Source of the DNA: Chiloscyllium plagiosum
Taxonomy: Eukaryota
Direction of reading: 5' to 3'
Assembly (NCBI RefSeq): GCF_004010195.1
Contig: NC_057750.1
Span: 1,382,022 to 1,402,021 of the forward strand
Length of the DNA stretch: 20,000 nucleotides
The position numbers and the translations under genes are program-made. Shown one piece after another: positions 18,651 to 20,000 of this stretch. The notes under the pieces are model-generated. The model did no database searches and was not told the DNA's origin. It saw only the letters and a list, made by a program, of their open reading frames with translations. Within the stretch, counting starts at the first letter, position 1. Every line of letters begins with the position of its first letter.

Positions 18651-20000
18651 CAGTTGCCAGCAGCAAAGCGAGTGGGAGCTTGGACCAGGGGCCTGTCGGG
18701 AAAGGTGAGTCACTGATTTAAACCTTTAAAAGTTTACCTCAAGCATTGGTGGCAACAGCACCTCAGAGAGCAGAGGCTTCTGGGAAAGGAGGGACATTTC
18801 CCCCGTCAGCTATATAAGTGAGTGTTTTCTAAACCCGAGACCCTACCTTTGTAGGGCCTCCCATCCCATCCAACTCCTCTAACCTTAAACACCAGGGACA
18901 CATCAGGTAAGCGTCTCCTCTTTTTTACTTTGTGATAAGGGGGTGAGCAGGGATGGCAGTGCACGGAGAGGAATGTTCCTCCTGCATGATGTTTGAGGTG
19001 AGGGACGCCATTAGTATCCCATCCAAGTACATCTGCAGGAAGTGCACCCAACTCTCGCTCCCCCAAGACCATGTTAGGGAACTGGAGCGGGAGCTGGATG
19101 AACTTCGGATCATTCGGGAGGCAGAGGCTGTGATAGACAGGAGTTACAGGGAAGTAGTTACTCCGAGGCACAAAGAAAGCTGGGTGACTGTTCGAAGGGG
19201 GAAGAAACAGTCAGTGGAGGGATCCCCTGTGGTCGTTCCCCTGAAAAACATGTATACCGTTTTGTATATTGTTGGGCGGGGGGGGACTTACCAGGGGTGT
19301 GCAGTGGGGCCCAGGTCTCTGGCACAGAGCCTGTCCCTGTTGCACAGAAGGGAAGGAGGGAAAGGAGGAGAGTGTTAGTCATTGGGGACTCAATAATTAG
19401 AGACTCAGGTAGAAGGTTTGCTGGGAACGAACGAGACTCACGGTTGGTGTGTTACCTTCCAGGTGCCAGGGTCCGTGATGTCTCGGATCGTATCTTTGGG
19501 GTCCTGAAGGGAGAGGGTGACCAGCCTCAAGTCGTGGTCCGTGTAAGTACCAACGACACAGGTAGAAAGAAGGATAGGGATGTAAGGCAGGATTTCAGGG
19601 AGCTAGGGTGGAAGCTGAGAGAGAGAACAAACAGAGTTGTTATCTCTGGTTTGTTACCCGTGCCACGCGATAGCGAGGCAAGGAATAGGGAGAGATATCA
19701 GCTGAACACGTGGCTGAAGGGATGGTGCAGGAGGGAGGGTTCAGGCTCTTGGATAATTGGGGCTCATTCTGGGGAAGGTGGGACCTGTACAAACAGGACG
19801 GTCTTCACTTGAACCAGAGGGGTACTGATATCCTGGGTAGGAAATTTGCTGGTGCTATTCGGGTGGATTTAAACTAGCTCAGCAGGGAGATGGGAACCGG
19901 AGGTGTAGTTGCAGTGCACAGGAGGATGAGAGTAGGGAGGATAGGGACAGGATTTCAGGGTCACAGGAATGTGCTGGCAGACAGCAAGCTGGTTTGAATT
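18651..20000 (+). mobile_element. CR1 LINE 5' portion (putative 5' UTR, ORF1, start of ORF2), continuing right of the window
   Basis: 19253-20000 is collinear with 2005-2715, and the ORF1 N-terminus is also present. The left boundary is inferred from where the adjacent minus-strand CR1 ends. Confidence 0.9.
18953..19877 (+). pseudogene. CR1 ORF1: zinc finger/leucine zipper plus SGNH (GDSL) esterase, two frameshifts
   Basis: MAVHGEECSSC..YICRKC..VRELERELDELR is followed by VIGDSII, YLPGARV, VSTND and, in a third frame, WDLYKQDGLHLNQRG...LN* (TAG 19875-19877). Frameshifts are near the G8 run at 19278-19285 and near 19740. Confidence 0.9.

Overview
Eukaryotic, repeat-dominated intronic or intergenic DNA, very likely from a shark or other elasmobranch (inferred from HE1-type tRNA/V-SINEs and esterase-ORF1 CR1 LINEs). 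I recognise no intact host gene; the informative ORFs in the track are retroelement debris. Contents: (1) about ten CR1-clade LINE copies or fragments, including a 3.8-kb decayed copy (2005-5826), a minus-strand copy split by a SINE and a 450-N gap (16835-18649), and a 5' end with a nearly intact zinc-finger/esterase ORF1 (18651-20000); (2) six HE1-like SINEs, all on the minus strand; (3) L2-like and LTR remnants; (4) a 62-bp CA-derived minisatellite. The most notable structure is a set of six short elements from two sequence families, five of them fold-backs. Both families carry minimal type I hammerhead-ribozyme motifs (CTGATGA-stem II-GAAA-palindrome-NUH), two of which look fully intact. 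The fold-backs have an unpaired tail on one side, and three have 13-16 bp target-site duplications. This is the signature of inverted pseudo-LTR remnants of Penelope-like retroelements, a known class whose activity in these copies is untested. A few phase-compatible candidate + strand exons hint weakly at a host gene. Family names come from pattern recognition, not from database searches, and boundaries of decayed repeats are approximate.
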